A program made the position numbers and the translations under genes. 64,000 nucleotides of DNA, taken from Octopus vulgaris. Taxonomy: Eukaryota. Below the pieces are notes generated by a model. It was not told the DNA's origin. It saw only the letters and a list, made by a program, of their open reading frames with translations, and did no database searches. Location of the stretch: positions 100,192,001 to 100,256,000 of the forward strand of contig OX597822.1 in the NCBI GenBank assembly GCA_951406725.2, in the 5' to 3' direction. This document shows, one piece after another, positions 12,188 to 25,386 of this stretch (position 1 is the first letter of the stretch; every line of letters starts with the position of its first letter).

Positions 12188-13637
12188 TTTAACAAGGATT
12201 TTCAGAAATTTCCATATGGCATAGCTTGTTACTGTTTTGTCCAATGATAAACAAGACCTGTTTTACAAGAAAGAAGCATAGCCAAGTGAACAAACTTCAA
12301 TAATATCAGTGGTGCCATTTGAATGCCTACCACCAACCTAGGCTAAATAAAAGTAAAGTCTTGCTGAAACATCATTTGAACTTAGAACAGAGCGTGTGAG
12401 TGAGTGAGAACAGAACGTGTGAGTGAGTGAGTGAATGAGAGAGAGAGAAATTGGGCTATATTTCCAAGAGACTGTAAAATTGATTAAATATTTCTTTGGT
12501 TTGTTTTCCTGAGCTCATATACTACCATGTATATACTTAGATATGTTCTGTTGCTGCCAGTCGAGCATATCCTCCACTGAGGGATGTGTCTGATTATGAA
12601 AAGTTTAAAAAAAAAACCCATTGAAGGATATAGATGAGATGATTAGAACAGGTTATATCCATTGTGTGAGCTGAATATTGATTGATTGGTGATCTATTAT
12701 TCTAATTTGCCTTATATTTTGTTCTTCTTTATATAGCAACTTATGCATGCTCATGATTCCCCAACCATATCTGTGTGTGTGTGTGTGTGTTCAGCCTTAT
12801 TGGCTGAAAAATATTGCATAGCCAATAAGGAACAAATATGAAAAAAAAAAACCTTGAAGCTAATTCATTTATTATTAACAATGAAAACTCTGCAATTGAC
12901 TTTGATAAGACTAATTATCTGAAATCCTCTTAGGCTAAAGAATGAAAGGGAAGGAGAGAGAGGGGGGTGGAAATCATCAGTGAACAATGGGAAAAACGTT
13001 TTTTTTTCTCTTTTTGTGGAGGAAGGGTTTACTTTTATCAACTCTTAAAACAATTGATTATCCGAATATGGTGATAATAAAATGTAGAAAGATGGTCTAG
13101 ACGAGTATTCTTTTAGTTTTGATAACTGAGTTGCCTGCTGTGTAGTATTCGCTCTATAATAATTAATTACCTGATGGATTTGTATTGTCATAGTAATGTA
13201 ATCTTCACTAAACGAATATACTGTATGTATGTCACATGGGTTTACATGTGTAAAAATTGAAGTGCTTGATACATTGTGTTATTGTAGTGTATGCAGTGCC
13301 CCTTGTTATGTGTGTATCTGTGGAGTACTCAGCCACTTTCACGTTAATTTCACCAGTAGACTGTTCTGTTGATCGGATCGACTGGAACCCTTGTTGTTGA
13401 AACTGACAGAGTGCCAGTTGTTCTTTTATTCTTTTACTGTTTTCAGTCATTTGACTGTGGTCATGCTGGAGCACCACCTTTAGTCGAATGAATCAACCCC
13501 AGGACTTAGTCCTTGTAAAGCCTAGTACTTATTCTATTGGTCCCTTTAGCCGAATCACTAAGTTATGGGGACATAACATACCAACATCGGTTGTCAAATG
13601 ATAGTGGGGGGAGGGACAAACACAGACACACAAACAT

Positions 13638-13712
<75 letters not shown>

Positions 13713-13725
13713 ATTATATAGAAGG

Positions 13726-13776
13726 AGCTTCTACAGGACTAGAACTGTTTCATTCAAAAGAAATCATCAGGAAGCT
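13726..13776 (-). ncRNA. Type I hammerhead ribozyme motif (left arm)
   Basis: Minus strand reads AGCUUC-CUGAUGA-UUUC UUUU GAAU-GAAA-CAG UUCUAGUC CUG-UA-GAAGCU: stem I of 6 bp, intact core, short stem II, stem III, GUA cleavage triplet. Confidence 0.8.
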
Positions 13777-13997
13777 AGTAGACAAGAGTTGTTTTGGCAT
13801 TTATACATTTAGGCAGGTTTAAATGGGTGGTGGTGGGGGACTTTTTTGGGGGTAGGCATGGCGCAAAACTATCATTATTAGGGGAGTGGTCAAAGGAATC
13901 GGTGGTAAAGTAGATAAAAGAATAAATAAAAGAATAAAAGAATAAATAGAAAAATAGAGTTTTAGGTAAGTAAGGAGACTCTCACTTGTACATCTAC

Positions 13998-14031
<34 letters not shown>

Positions 14032-15485
14032 ACCCACATATTCACATATATCTATATATATACATACATACACACATGCACATACATATATATATATATA
14101 TACATACATATACATATATATATACATATATATACATATATATACACATACCCATGTACATACACACAAATACACATATACATACATATACATATATGTA
14201 TACACACTCGCACATATATATACATACGCACATATACACATGCATATACATGCACACACATACACACACATCTTTTTATTCCCTTATTTTAATTTTATTA
14301 TTACTTTTGTTTATATCTTTATTTTTATCTTGACCTCGGTCAGCCATTCTCAAGGGATGGTCTAAAGAGTCCATTTATCTATCTACTCACTGATACGAAT
14401 GCAAACACTCACTCACGCCCACACACTCACACGTACACTCATACCCATACACACACGCACGTGTTATATTCATACATACATACATCTACATACATTCACG
14501 TATATTCACATACGTACACGTACCTACTGATTCATATCTACACGCATACACATACATACCTCAATACACCCACAGAAGACTAGTCCATACATATACACTA
14601 ATAAATATATATACACATATACACACATACATACATATACATATATCTATACATATATATACATATACATATACATTCATACATATATACACATACACAC
14701 ATATATATATATGTGCGTACACATACACACACACACACGCGCATCTATATATACACATAAGTACTTATGTGTATATATAGATGCGCGTGTGTGTGTGTAT
14801 GTGTACGCACATATATATATATGTGTGTATGTGTATATATGTATGAATGTATATGTGTATGTATATGTATATATATGTATAGATATATGTATGTATGTGT
14901 ATGTATGTGTATATGTGTATATATATTTATTAGTGTATATGTATGGACTAGTCTTCTGTGGGTGTATTGAGGTATGTATGTGTATGCGTATAGATATGAA
15001 TCAGTAGGTACCTGTACGTATGTGAATATACGTGAATGTATGTAGATGTATGTATGTATGAATATAACACGTGCGTGTGTGTATGGGTATGAGTGTACGT
15101 GTGAGTGTGTGGGCGTGAGTGAGTGTTTGCATTCGTATCAGTGAGTAGATAGATAAATGGACTCTTTAGACCATCCCTTGAGAATGGCTGACCGAGGTCA
15201 AGATAAAAATAAAGATATAAACAAAAGTAATAATAAAATTAAAATAAGGGAATAAAAAGATGTGTGTGTATGTGTGTGCATGTATATGCATGTGTATATG
15301 TGCGTATGTATATATATGTGCGAGTGTGTATACATATATGTATATGTATGTATATGTGTATTTGTGTGTATGTACATGGGTATGTGTATATATATGTATA
15401 TGTATATGTATGTATATATATATATATATATATGTATGTGCATGTGTGTATGTATGTATATATATAGATATATGTGAATATATGG

Positions 15486-15527
<42 letters not shown>

Positions 15528-15748
15528 GTAGATGTACAAGTGAGAGTCTCCTTACTTACCTAAAACTCTATTTTTCTATTTATTCTTTTATTCTTTTATT
15601 TATTCTTTTATCTACTTTACCACCGATTCCTTTGACCACTCCCCTAATAATGATAGTTTTGCGCCATGCCTACCCCCAAAAAAGTCCCCCACCACCACCC
15701 ATTTAAACCTGCCTAAATGTATAAATGCCAAAACAACTCTTGTCTACT

Positions 15749-15799
15749 AGCTTCCTGATGATTTCTTTTGAATGAAACAGTTCTAGGCCTGTAGAAGCT
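15749..15799 (+). ncRNA. Type I hammerhead ribozyme motif (right arm)
   Basis: agcttc(15749-54) ctgatga(15755-61) tttc-tttt-gaat gaaa(15774-77) cag-ttctaggc-ctg ta gaagct(15794-99); predicted cleavage after 15793. Confidence 0.8.
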
Positions 15800-16530
15800 C
15801 CTTCTATATAATAAATTAATTTACTCTGCTATGTATTGAGTACCTTATTTACTGTGGTTAACCCCGACTCAACCCGGGACCTACATATATATATATATAT
15901 GATGGGCTTCTTTCAGTTTCTGTCTACCAAATTGACTCACAAGGTTTTGGTTGGCCTGAGGCTATAGCAGAAGACACTTGCCCAAGGTGCCATACAGTGG
16001 GACTGAACCCAGAACCATGTTGTTGGTAAGCAAGCTTCTTACCATAGAGCCACTGTGCCTATGTATATAGAAACAAAGTATATGTTAAATTCCAAACTAT
16101 GAGAATTCATGAAAATTTTTGCTGGTTTGTCAATAAAAATTTCTTGTACTAGATTTTTCTGATTAAGAAAGGCAAGCAAAAATCATCCATTGATGGATAC
16201 ATTTAATTAAGAAAGGTTAAAAAAAAAGGGATCATCTTATTTGTGTAAGTAGAGTATTGAACATACTTATTTAGTTTGGCTTTACTCATAATAACTAAAT
16301 TAATTTTAACATATTTAATGTAGTAGGCATCAAAACTGTGTTGAGAAGTACTAATGAGGTGAGGAAAAGACATTAGATCAGTAACTAATAAATATTATGT
16401 TAACCATTTCGGTAAGTATGGGAGAATAAATCCAGATATGTCTAAAGTTCATCTCAACCTGCCAAATTAGTGATGGGAGAATTACTAAGTTAACGTACAA
16501 TACTGTTCAGGAGTAGGTATGGAAAATTAG

Positions 16531-16870
16531 CATCATCATCATCATCATCATTTAGCATCCGCTTTCCATGCTAGCATGGGTTGGACGGTTCAACTGGGGT
16601 CTGTGAAGCCAGAAGGCTGCATCAGGCCCAGTCTGATCTGGCAGTGTTTCTACGGCTGGATGCCCTTCCTAACGCCAACCACTCCGTGAGTGTAGTGGGT
16701 GCTTTTTACGTGCCACCTGCACAGGTGCCAGGCGAGGCTGGCAACGGCCACGGTCGGATTGGTGTATTTTATGTGCCACCTGCACGGAAGCCAGTGGAGG
16801 CGGCGCTGGCATCGGCCACGAGTCGGATAGTGCTTTTTACGTACCACCAGACCAGGGATCCTGGCTGCTT
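16531..16870 (-). mobile_element. RTE 3'-end-derived repeat
   Basis: (CAT)n, ccatgctagcatgggttggacgg, gctggatgcccttcctaacgccaacc, then 2-3 tttacgtgccacc modules. Confidence 0.8.
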
Positions 16871-16940
16871 CAATAGCATATTTAAAATAAATCTGTAAAC
16901 CACTAAAATAAAACTGCACAGACATGCTATCAGTATGAAA

Positions 16941-17339
16941 TCTCTCTATATATAAAGCTGAAGTTGTCTGTGTGTGTGTGTGGCAGGTTTGGTAGCCTTC
17001 AACTAACACTATCTCCTCTGATACTCTGCGGCGCAAGTTGACCAAAATTGAGAGTATGATAGAAGAAGGCTTGCTCTTCATTCCGTAGAAGAAAAAATTC
17101 AAATTGGACCATGTTAACATCAAAAATTATTTACATCAAAAAGGTGCATTTTTTCTATGAAAATCCCTATTTTTTAATGATTTTTTTTACTGCTGTGTCG
17201 CCATTTTTTGGTGTATTTCAACCAGTAAAATGTTCACTTAAAGAGAATAGCAAGCTACATAATGCAAAATTTTTACTTTTCAAAAATTCAATTCTAAAGG
17301 GTTGAAACAAACCCGAGCAGCGCCGGGCGATACTGCTAG
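16941..17339 (+). mobile_element. Non-autonomous Helitron (second family, shared 3' end)
   Basis: A|TC start; 3' cccgagcagcgccggg hairpin plus gatactgCTAG|T. Confidence 0.85.
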
Positions 17340-18769
17340 TATTAGATAAGTTAGTGTTAATGTATTTAATGAAAGTGTGAAAAAATTTTCATTATGAATA
17401 CTTATATGATGAGGAGAATAGAGCACTAGCTCTAGCAAATAATATTGTGTTATATTTTATAAAACACTTTGCTTCTATGTATTGTATATATGTACATACA
17501 CTTAAACAAATTCATATTTAAGACATTCTGGTACACACATTCAAAGCCTGTGTTTTCATATCATCTTGGAGGAGAATTTTTTCCACAAGATTGTTTCTGC
17601 AAAAACAGCCCACATTAAAGTGTACTTCAACATGTTAAATATGGCTTTACATATTATGTATTTTATTATGTTGTGCTCCATGCAAATTTATTTAATTCTA
17701 GCTTGACCAAACTATATGTACATCAGCAAACATACTATTTGCTGCTCTTAATATAGGAAGAAGTTCATTCTCTTCAGGCTGTGAAAAGCAGATTTGGTGT
17801 TTGTAACTGATGATGTAAAAGAATGCATAAATGCTTGTCTCCTACAATCTTTCTAGTGCTGTTGCATTGAAAAGGGCACCCAGTACACTCTGTAAAGTGG
17901 TTAGTATTGGGAAGGGCATCCATCTGTAGAAACCGTGCCAAAGTAGATAGGGGAGTGTGATGAAGTCCTTGAACTCACTGGATCCTGTCAAACTGTCCAA
18001 CTCATGCCAGACAGGACATGGGCATTAAATGAGGATTATGATAATGATAATCATACTGCTTGGTGCAGACGAAGGAATATGGCCTTTGAAGATCCCCAAA
18101 ATCATTATGGTCTTAAATCATCAATTGACGATGGAAATTTTTTGGAGTGTATGAGTGCGTGCACATGCACATATGTACACATGCACACACCTATTGAGAG
18201 AAAGTGATTGACTTGGGAGAGGTAGAAAAGGAGGGCAAGATAAAGTAAGAGAATAAGAGAGAAAGACAGAGATAATGATGAATATATGTTGCTAAAATCA
18301 GCAACAAAGCTGCACCGAAATCATTAAATGAGGATTACTCATGTTGTTTTTAAACGAGACACTGCAGTCTGAACATTTTATTACTTTGACATTTAAAACT
18401 ATAAACGAACATTTTACTCCAATTCTTTCTGTCTGTTTTGACTCCAGCACAAAGACAATTTTATAATTAATTGATCTAAAGCCAGTTGCTTAGCTCACAG
18501 TTAGGGTGTCCAATCAACAATTTTATGACTGCTGATATGTGATATAAAAACTAATTTAACTGCATGAGTGTTGTCATTGTCGTTGTCGTCATCATCATCA
18601 TCATCATCATCGTTGTTTTAATGTCCACTTTTCTACACTCGCATGGGTCAGACAGAATTTGTTGAAGCAGACTTTCCTGCTTCCAAGCAAGCTAATATTT
18701 CCTCATTGTCAGGCGTGTTTCTCATGAAAGACTGGACATGAATGACATTGCTTGTATGATGGTGATGCT

Positions 18770-18992
18770 TTGGCAGAAACGTTAGCACGCCGGGCGAAAT
18801 GCTTAGCAGTATTTCGTCTGCCGCTACGTTCTGAGTTCAAATTCCGCCGAGGTCGACTTTGTCTTTCATCCTTTCGGGGTCGATTAAATAAGTACCAGTT
18901 ACACACTGGAGTCGATGTAATCGACTTAATCCGTTTGTCTGTCCTTGTTTGTCCTCTCTGTGTTTAGCCCCTTGTGGGTAGTAAAGAAATAG
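18770..18992 (+). mobile_element. tRNA-derived SINE family B
   Basis: tggcagaaacgttagcacgccgggcgaaatgc...gagttcaaattccgccgaggtcgacttt...gtaaagaaatag; same family as the tetramer at 25841-26560. Confidence 0.8.
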
Positions 18993-19917
18993 ATGCTTAT
19001 TTACAATCATCATACATGCATGCGCTCACACATATATATATTGCCATCATCATTAACGATCATCATCATCATCATCTTGGAACATAGCTATTAAAAGATA
19101 ATTATGATTTTATACATACATACATACATACATAATGCTAATACATACCTTCGTACACACAAATCTACTTACGGTGCTTTGGTTGGTCCAGGTGTATAAC
19201 AGAAGACACTTGCCCAAGATGTCAACCAGTGGACCGAACTTGAAACTACAAGATTGTGAAGTAAGCTTTTCTTACCACAAGCCATACCTGTGCCTATAAT
19301 GCATTTTATGATGCGTAATGATTAGGTTATGAATTGCTGAATCTGCTACATTTCCTAGTGGCAGCTTGTTGACTTCTCTTACTTATCTCTTTGCACATAT
19401 GAGCTTCTGTGTAAGAATCAGGGCTGAATGCTCATTCAGGGCCGGCTGATCTGGGGATTAAACTATTATCAACCAGTATTCACATGTAATAGTAACACTA
19501 GAAATAGCAAAACTGCAAGTTCTATGCTAGATTTGCAGAATCAGGTTTTTTTATTATGAGTTGAAAACATTTTACTTTATTGCTTATGTTAAAACTGGTT
19601 TCAAATTTTGGCACGAAGCCAGTAATTTTGAGGGAGAATGTAAGTCCATTACATTGACTCCAGTGCTTAACTGGTGCTTATTTTATCAACTCTGAAAGGA
19701 TGAAAGGCGAAATTGACCTTGGTAGAATTTGAGCTCAGAATGTAGGAATGGACAAAATGCCACTAAGCATTTAGATCGGCATGTTAACAATTCTACCAGC
19801 TCATCTTATTGTTATTGTTAATATTGATAGGAGATACATAAATGTAGCAATGTGCCATTTATCATATCTTGTGAATTTAAGGTGTTGTACCTGTGTGAGC
19901 ATTGTACAAACAACATA

Positions 19918-20830
19918 CAAGGGGGTATCAAAAAGTTTCCAGACTAGTTATGTTTAATAAAAATAACTTATTTGCCTAAGTTTTAACATCATTTCCTTTG
20001 AAATAGTCACCTTGCACAGCAATATACTGGTCCCAGTGTTCCTGCCACTTTTGGAATCTGGCCTGAAAGTCGTTTTTGTAAGCAAGTCAAGGACCTTCTG
20101 CGGTTTGCTCCGGATCTCAACTACGGTATTAAAATGGCGACCTCTGAACTGCATTTCCATCTTGGGAAGAGATAGAAATCTGCAGGTGCTAAATCTGGCA
20201 AGTAGAGCAGGTCTGGGAGTGATACCTTGTTGTTTTTGACAAGAAATTCATGAGTAAGGAGAGCTCGGTGACAGGGTGAATTGTCGTTATGAAGAATCCA
20301 ATTCTTCGCACTCTACAGATCAGGTTGCTTTTGCCATATGTTCTCCCTCAGATGCTTCAAAATGTTGCAGTAGAACTCTCAAGTGGCAGTCTGGCAATGG
20401 GTGACGAATTCTCAATGCACAATACCAAATTTCCAGGGGTGACACTCGTGACAGGTCTCCCAGATTGGTCATTGTCTTCCAGGGATGTTCTTCCTCTTTT
20501 GAAGCACTCATATCACTTGAAACATTGCATAAAACCCATTACCTTGTCACTGTAAGCTTGTCGAAGTATGCTCAATGTCTCTGTAGCAGACTTCCCAAGT
20601 TTAATGCAGAAATTCATGTTAGCTCTTCTTGTCCATGACAAGATTGCAGACCGCAGCATACACATGATCACAAAAACACAAATTTCATGAATTGCAAAGT
20701 AAACACAGCAATGCCACTTGGCACACTGCCTCATGAAGGTCACTACTTCCTCTCAATGCACACACAACTGTGTGCTGCCATCTGTTGGTGCACTACAGAA
20801 CTAGCCTAGGAACATTTTGATACCACCTTG
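19918..20830 (-). mobile_element. Internally deleted mariner (Tc1/mariner) transposon
   Basis: TIRs ta|caagggggtatcaaaaagtttcc and ggaacattttgataccaccttg. Minus-strand remnants RRANMNFCIKLGKSATETLSILRQAY and PDLAPADFYLFPKMEMQFRGRHF. Confidence 0.85.
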
Positions 20831-21810
20831 TGGTGGTATGCTGTGAACAAATCAAACTGACAAAGATCATTTCTCTCTCAGTTACATCTACAAAAAGATT
20901 GAAGCCAGCCCAATAAACTGAGGAAACATTCATCAAATTTACTATGCTTCCACTGGTTAGTTGTTCCTTTCCTGAAATGCCTCTTTACTTACAACTTACT
21001 AGAATGTCTTAGTCACATGCCCACTGCAGTTTCAATGACAAGGTAGGAACTGTTGACCACTTGGTTGATTGTATCAGCTTGGTTATCTGCATCCTTTGTG
21101 CTTAGGAAAGAAATCAATATTTGATGATAATGATTGTTGAATTGCCTAAAGAGAAAGAAAAGTGAATCAGTTATCTGGGTTCAAGCAAGCAAGGCAAAGA
21201 GAGGACAGCATGCTGAAATATTGAATTAAAATCTAAAATCAATGTCATTTGATGGAATTAAATTTATATTTATGTTCTGTGTTTTTTTTTTTTAAATTCT
21301 AAAGAATTGGTTTCCAACCCAGGCACGAGGTTATTCATTAGAGTTTCAACATCAAGTAGATGAACATATATGTATGCGTGTAAGTATGTATGTTTGTACT
21401 TGTTTTCATGCATGTATGTATGTAGGGTTTATATGTGTGCGTGTATGTGGACATGAATGTATATGTGTGCATGTATGTGGACATGAATGTATATGTGTGC
21501 ATGTATGTTTCCAGTCGTACCAGCCATTGTGCATGTGAATTTGTATGTTTTGTGTATATAAATATGTTCGTGTGTCTGTATGTGACCTGAATGTAATTCA
21601 GAGCATAAAGAGTGGTCTGGCTAAATACTGCAAAGCATTTTGTCTACCAATTTTGCTAATGAACTGTCTTTAGTCACAGTAAAAATGATTTCCAACATAG
21701 CTGCCAACCGCAAATTTCAGAAACTGAACAATTGGTAAATCAACCTTAGTACTTGATTGCTGCTAATTTTGTCCACCTCAGAAATCAGTTTAAGGTAGAA
21801 TTTCAACTTA

Positions 21811-22200
21811 GGACATAAGGCTGTGTGGCAAGTAGCTTGCTTACCAACCACATGGTTCCGGGTTCAGTCCTACTGTGTGGCACCTTGGGCAAGTGTCTTC
21901 TACTATAGCCTCGGGTCGACCAAAGCCTTGTGAGTGGATTTGGTAGAAGGAAACCGAAAGAAGCCCATTGTATATATGTGTATATATATATGTGTGTGTG
22001 TGTATATGTTGTTTGTCCCCCAACATCACTTGACAACCGATGCTGGTGCGTTACGTCCCCGTAACTTAGTGGTTCAGCAAAAGAGACTGACATAATAAGT
22101 ACTAGGCTTACAAAGAATAAGTCCTGGGGTCGATTTGCTTGACTAAAGGCGGTGCTCCAGCATGGCCACAGTCAAATGATTGAAACAAGTAAAAGAGTAA
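21811..22200 (+). mobile_element. CORE-like tRNA SINE (family A)
   Basis: ggctgtgtggcaagtagc...ggttccgggttcagtcc (B box)...ccttgggcaagtgtctt (CORE-like)...gaaacaagtaaaagagtaa tail. Confidence 0.85.
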
Positions 22201-22287
22201 ATAGGGCAATGCATTTTGTTTGATATCAACCAATTCAGTCATCCATTACCCTTGTGATAATTTATTATATGTGCTTTTTACTGGAGA

Positions 22288-22602
22288 CACGTAAAAAGCA
22301 CCATCCGAATCGTGGCCGAAGCCAGTGCCGCCTCGACTGGTTTCTGTGCAGGTGGCACGTAAAATGCACCAATGCGACCGTGGCCGATGCCAGCCTTGCC
22401 TGGCTCCAGTGCAGGGGGCACGTAAAAAGCACCCACTACACTCGCGGAGTGGTTGGCGTTAGGAAGGGCATCCAGCTGTAGAAACATTGCCAGATAAGAC
22501 TGGAGCCTGGTGCAGCCTTCTGGCTTCCCAGATCCCCGGTCGAACCGTCCAACCCATGCTAGCATGGAGAACGGACGTTAAACGATGATGATGATGATGA
22601 TG
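22288..22602 (+). mobile_element. RTE 3'-end-derived repeat
   Basis: cacgtaaaaagcacc modules, ggcgttaggaagggcatccagc, (GAT)n tail. Confidence 0.85.
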
Positions 22603-22935
22603 TATAGGTATAAGGCCAGTAATTTGAGAATGAGGGATGAGTCAAGTAAACTTTCACTTTATTGATTCTGGAAGGATGAAAGGCATAAGTGACCTCCAGC
22701 AGGATTTGAACTCAGAATATGAAAAGCTGGAACGAATACTACAAGGTATTTTTGTGGAACAAATACCACAAGGTTTTTTTTTGTCTGAAACTTTAATGAT
22801 TCCATCAATCAACTGCTCTCTGCCTTTGTAATAATAATGGTTTCTGATTTAGGCACAAAGCCAGCAATTTTAAAGGGAATGATTTTTTTTTTCATCTTTT
22901 CAATTTATATAATTTCAAAATATATAAACACTTAA

Positions 22936-23108
22936 CCCATTAGCATTTAAACTGGCCAGATTCAGCCTCTCACACCTACCTTACAAATGCCATTCTAAAA
23001 ATAAGCAATCACATCATCGAAATCTCAAATGTACAAGAATGTGCATGATTAATTCAAAACGATGTGAATAAATATTACATTTGACTGAGAGATCTGAATG
23101 CTAAGGGG
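22936..23108. mobile_element. piggyBac-like MITE P2, internally deleted
   Basis: ttaa|cccattagcatttaaactggcc...gctaagggg|tta. Confidence 0.65.
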
Positions 23109-23649
23109 TTACATTTGGATATCAAAATATTGTCCTAAATAATAATTAACTGAGAAGCAAGGAATTGGAAGTTTCATCTAGCATCTGATCAAAAGGATTT
23201 CTGCTTCTTCATAGTCTGGTAGCTTGTGCTCATGAGTTTGTAAATCTCAAAACTGCATTTTAATCTGATCCAAAAAGTTTGAAACATTATGCACCATATA
23301 CTCCACTAATGATTCTAATTTCTGTTTTAATATTGACCAAATAACCAAATCAGAGCCCAATTTGTTCCTTTAACCCTTTTGTTACTGTATTTATTTTGAG
23401 ATGCTCCATGTTTCTTTCAATCATGACAAATTGTTTTGTAACTTAAAAACATGTAAATAATGTATTTTATTACATGTAATAATAAATAAATTATTTACAT
23501 GCCTGCATTAACGCAAAATGCAAAAAAATCCTTCAAAATAATGCAGAATTTAAGCTACTTGTATGTATGTATGTTTGTACCCCACCACTGCTTGACAACT
23601 GGCATTGGTTTGAATACATCTTTGTAACTTAGGAGTTTGGTAAATGAGA

Positions 23650-23955
23650 TCATCATCGTCATCATCATTGTTTAACGTCTGCTTTCCATGCTAGCATGGG
23701 TTGGACGATTTTGATGGAGGGCTGGCGAACCAGGAGGCTGCACCAGGCTCCAATTTTGATCTGGCAGAGTTTCTACAGCTGGATGCCCTTCCTAATGTCA
23801 ATCACTCCGAGAGTGTAGTGGGTGCTTTTACGTGCCACGGTCACAGGGCCAGTCAGGCGGCACTGGCAACGACCCGCTTCGAATCTTTTACACATGCCAC
23901 CGGCACGGGTGTCAGTAAGGCGATGCTGGTAACGATCACGCTTGAATGGTGTTTT
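23650..23955 (-). mobile_element. RTE 3'-end-derived repeat
   Basis: (CAT)n, ttccatgctagcatgggttgg, cagctggatgcccttcctaa. Confidence 0.8.
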
Positions 23956-24706
23956 TTTGAAAAATATAAATCCTGAGGTCAATTCATTTGATTTAAATCC
24001 TTGCAGGTGGTGTCCCAGCAAGGCTGCAGTAAGGACTGAAATAAGTAAATGGAAAAAAAAAAAAAAATGTCTAAATGTAAAATCTAGCAAGTTTAAAAAA
24101 TTCTTTGTGCTTAGTCATATAATAACATGTTCAAGAATTGACTGGAACCAGACCAAATCTTTACAAATAAGACATAAAAACTTTCTATTTGCTTGTTTAC
24201 AATATAATTATCTCTTCATTTTTTTTTCATCAAATAAAGAACCTTTGCTGGTAACTATTTTTCATATATTCATAATAAGCTATTGCAGAAAGTGGTAGGA
24301 GCTGCTTATGTCATTCACGATATTGATTTTAAAATCTTTACTAAATACAAAACTGTAAATGTTGCCAGTATCCAGATTTATAGCTCTCAGATTTGTAATA
24401 ATGCAGCAAAAAAAAGAAGAAAAAAGATAAAATTTCAATTTGCAATGAGTATTCTTCACCAATATTGGGTAATATTAGGGGACAAATGCTAAATGCTAAT
24501 TAGTTTTAATAAAGGTGTGACTCTTACATCATTATTTTATATTTACACATGTCTATGGTCTACACTGATATGGTCTACAGAAATACATTTATACTTTATT
24601 TGGTGTCCAAAGCTACTTATATTAAATTACTGTTTTAATTTTAAGGTGTAAATGATTTGTTTATATGAGCTTTTAGAGGAAGTGGTTTCATAAAGCTGAT
24701 ATTTAA

Positions 24707-24926
24707 CCCTTTCGTTACTGTATTTATTTTGAGAAGCTCTGTGTTTCTTTCAATTACTTTAAATATAACAAAAAATTTAGTAAAATAACTTAGTTATCAT
24801 TCAGCTAATGTTAGGAACATAAATTGTGACTAAGGTTTGGTGAAAGATTTTAATTTAAAACTTATGAAAACAAGACATTAGTACTCAGAACCAGAGCCGG
24901 TTTCAGCCGGGTTGGTAACAAAAGGG
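24707..24926. mobile_element. piggyBac-like MITE P1
   Basis: ttaa|ccctttcgttac...gtaacaaaaggg|ttaa, 220 bp. Confidence 0.9.
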
Positions 24927-25166
24927 TTAAGATGTGATTTAGGAGTTCTTCACTTTAGATGCAGTATCAATTTCAATGAAATGATTAACTTTGTCATGGA
25001 TAGGGACCAATATGGAATCAGATTTACCAGTGTACAATATACCTCATGTTATGGAATATTCCTTATGGAAACAAAAGCAGATTTTGAAGAAGGTATATTC
25101 CTGTATGCATAAGGCTAAAAACATATCCTTATGTAGATTTATTCCTCGTGTATTTATCACAATTAA

Positions 25167-25386
25167 CCCTTTCGTTACCAACCCGGTTAAAACTGGCTCT
25201 GGCTCTGAGTACTAATGTCTTGTTTTCATAAGTTTTGAATTAAAATCTTCCACCAAACCTTAGTCACAATTTATGTTCCTAACACTAGCTGAATGATAAA
25301 TAAGTTATTTTACTAAATTCTTTGTTATATTTAAAGTAATTGAAAGAAACACAGAGCTTCTCAAAATAAATACAGTAACGAAAGAG
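25167..25386. mobile_element. piggyBac-like MITE P1, opposite orientation to 24707-24926
   Basis: ttaa|ccctttcgttacc...gtaacgaaagag|ttaa, 220 bp; near reverse complement of the neighbouring copy. Confidence 0.9.

Larger units (their letters stand above)
13710..15815. repeat. Spacerless palindrome, two ~1053-bp arms (Penelope-like pLTR-type insert)
   Basis: Centre cataagt|acttatg at 14762/14763. Arms are reverse complements out to tttattatatagaagg (13710) and ccttctatataataaa (15815), with few substitutions and some microsatellite length differences. A unique 69-nt tail (15816-15884) follows the right arm only. Confidence 0.95.
13421..16061 (-). mobile_element. CORE-like tRNA SINE (family A) split by the 2.2-kb palindromic insert
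   Basis: 3' half at 13421-~13645 and 5' half at ~15895-16061 join into one family A copy when 13710-15884 is removed from its internal (TA)n tract. Confidence 0.85.

Noticed and set aside
13819-15706. Many Y/I/V/C/M/H/T-rich ORFs
   Set aside because: Translations of (TA)/(CA)/(TG) microsatellites, mirrored by the palindrome; not proteins.
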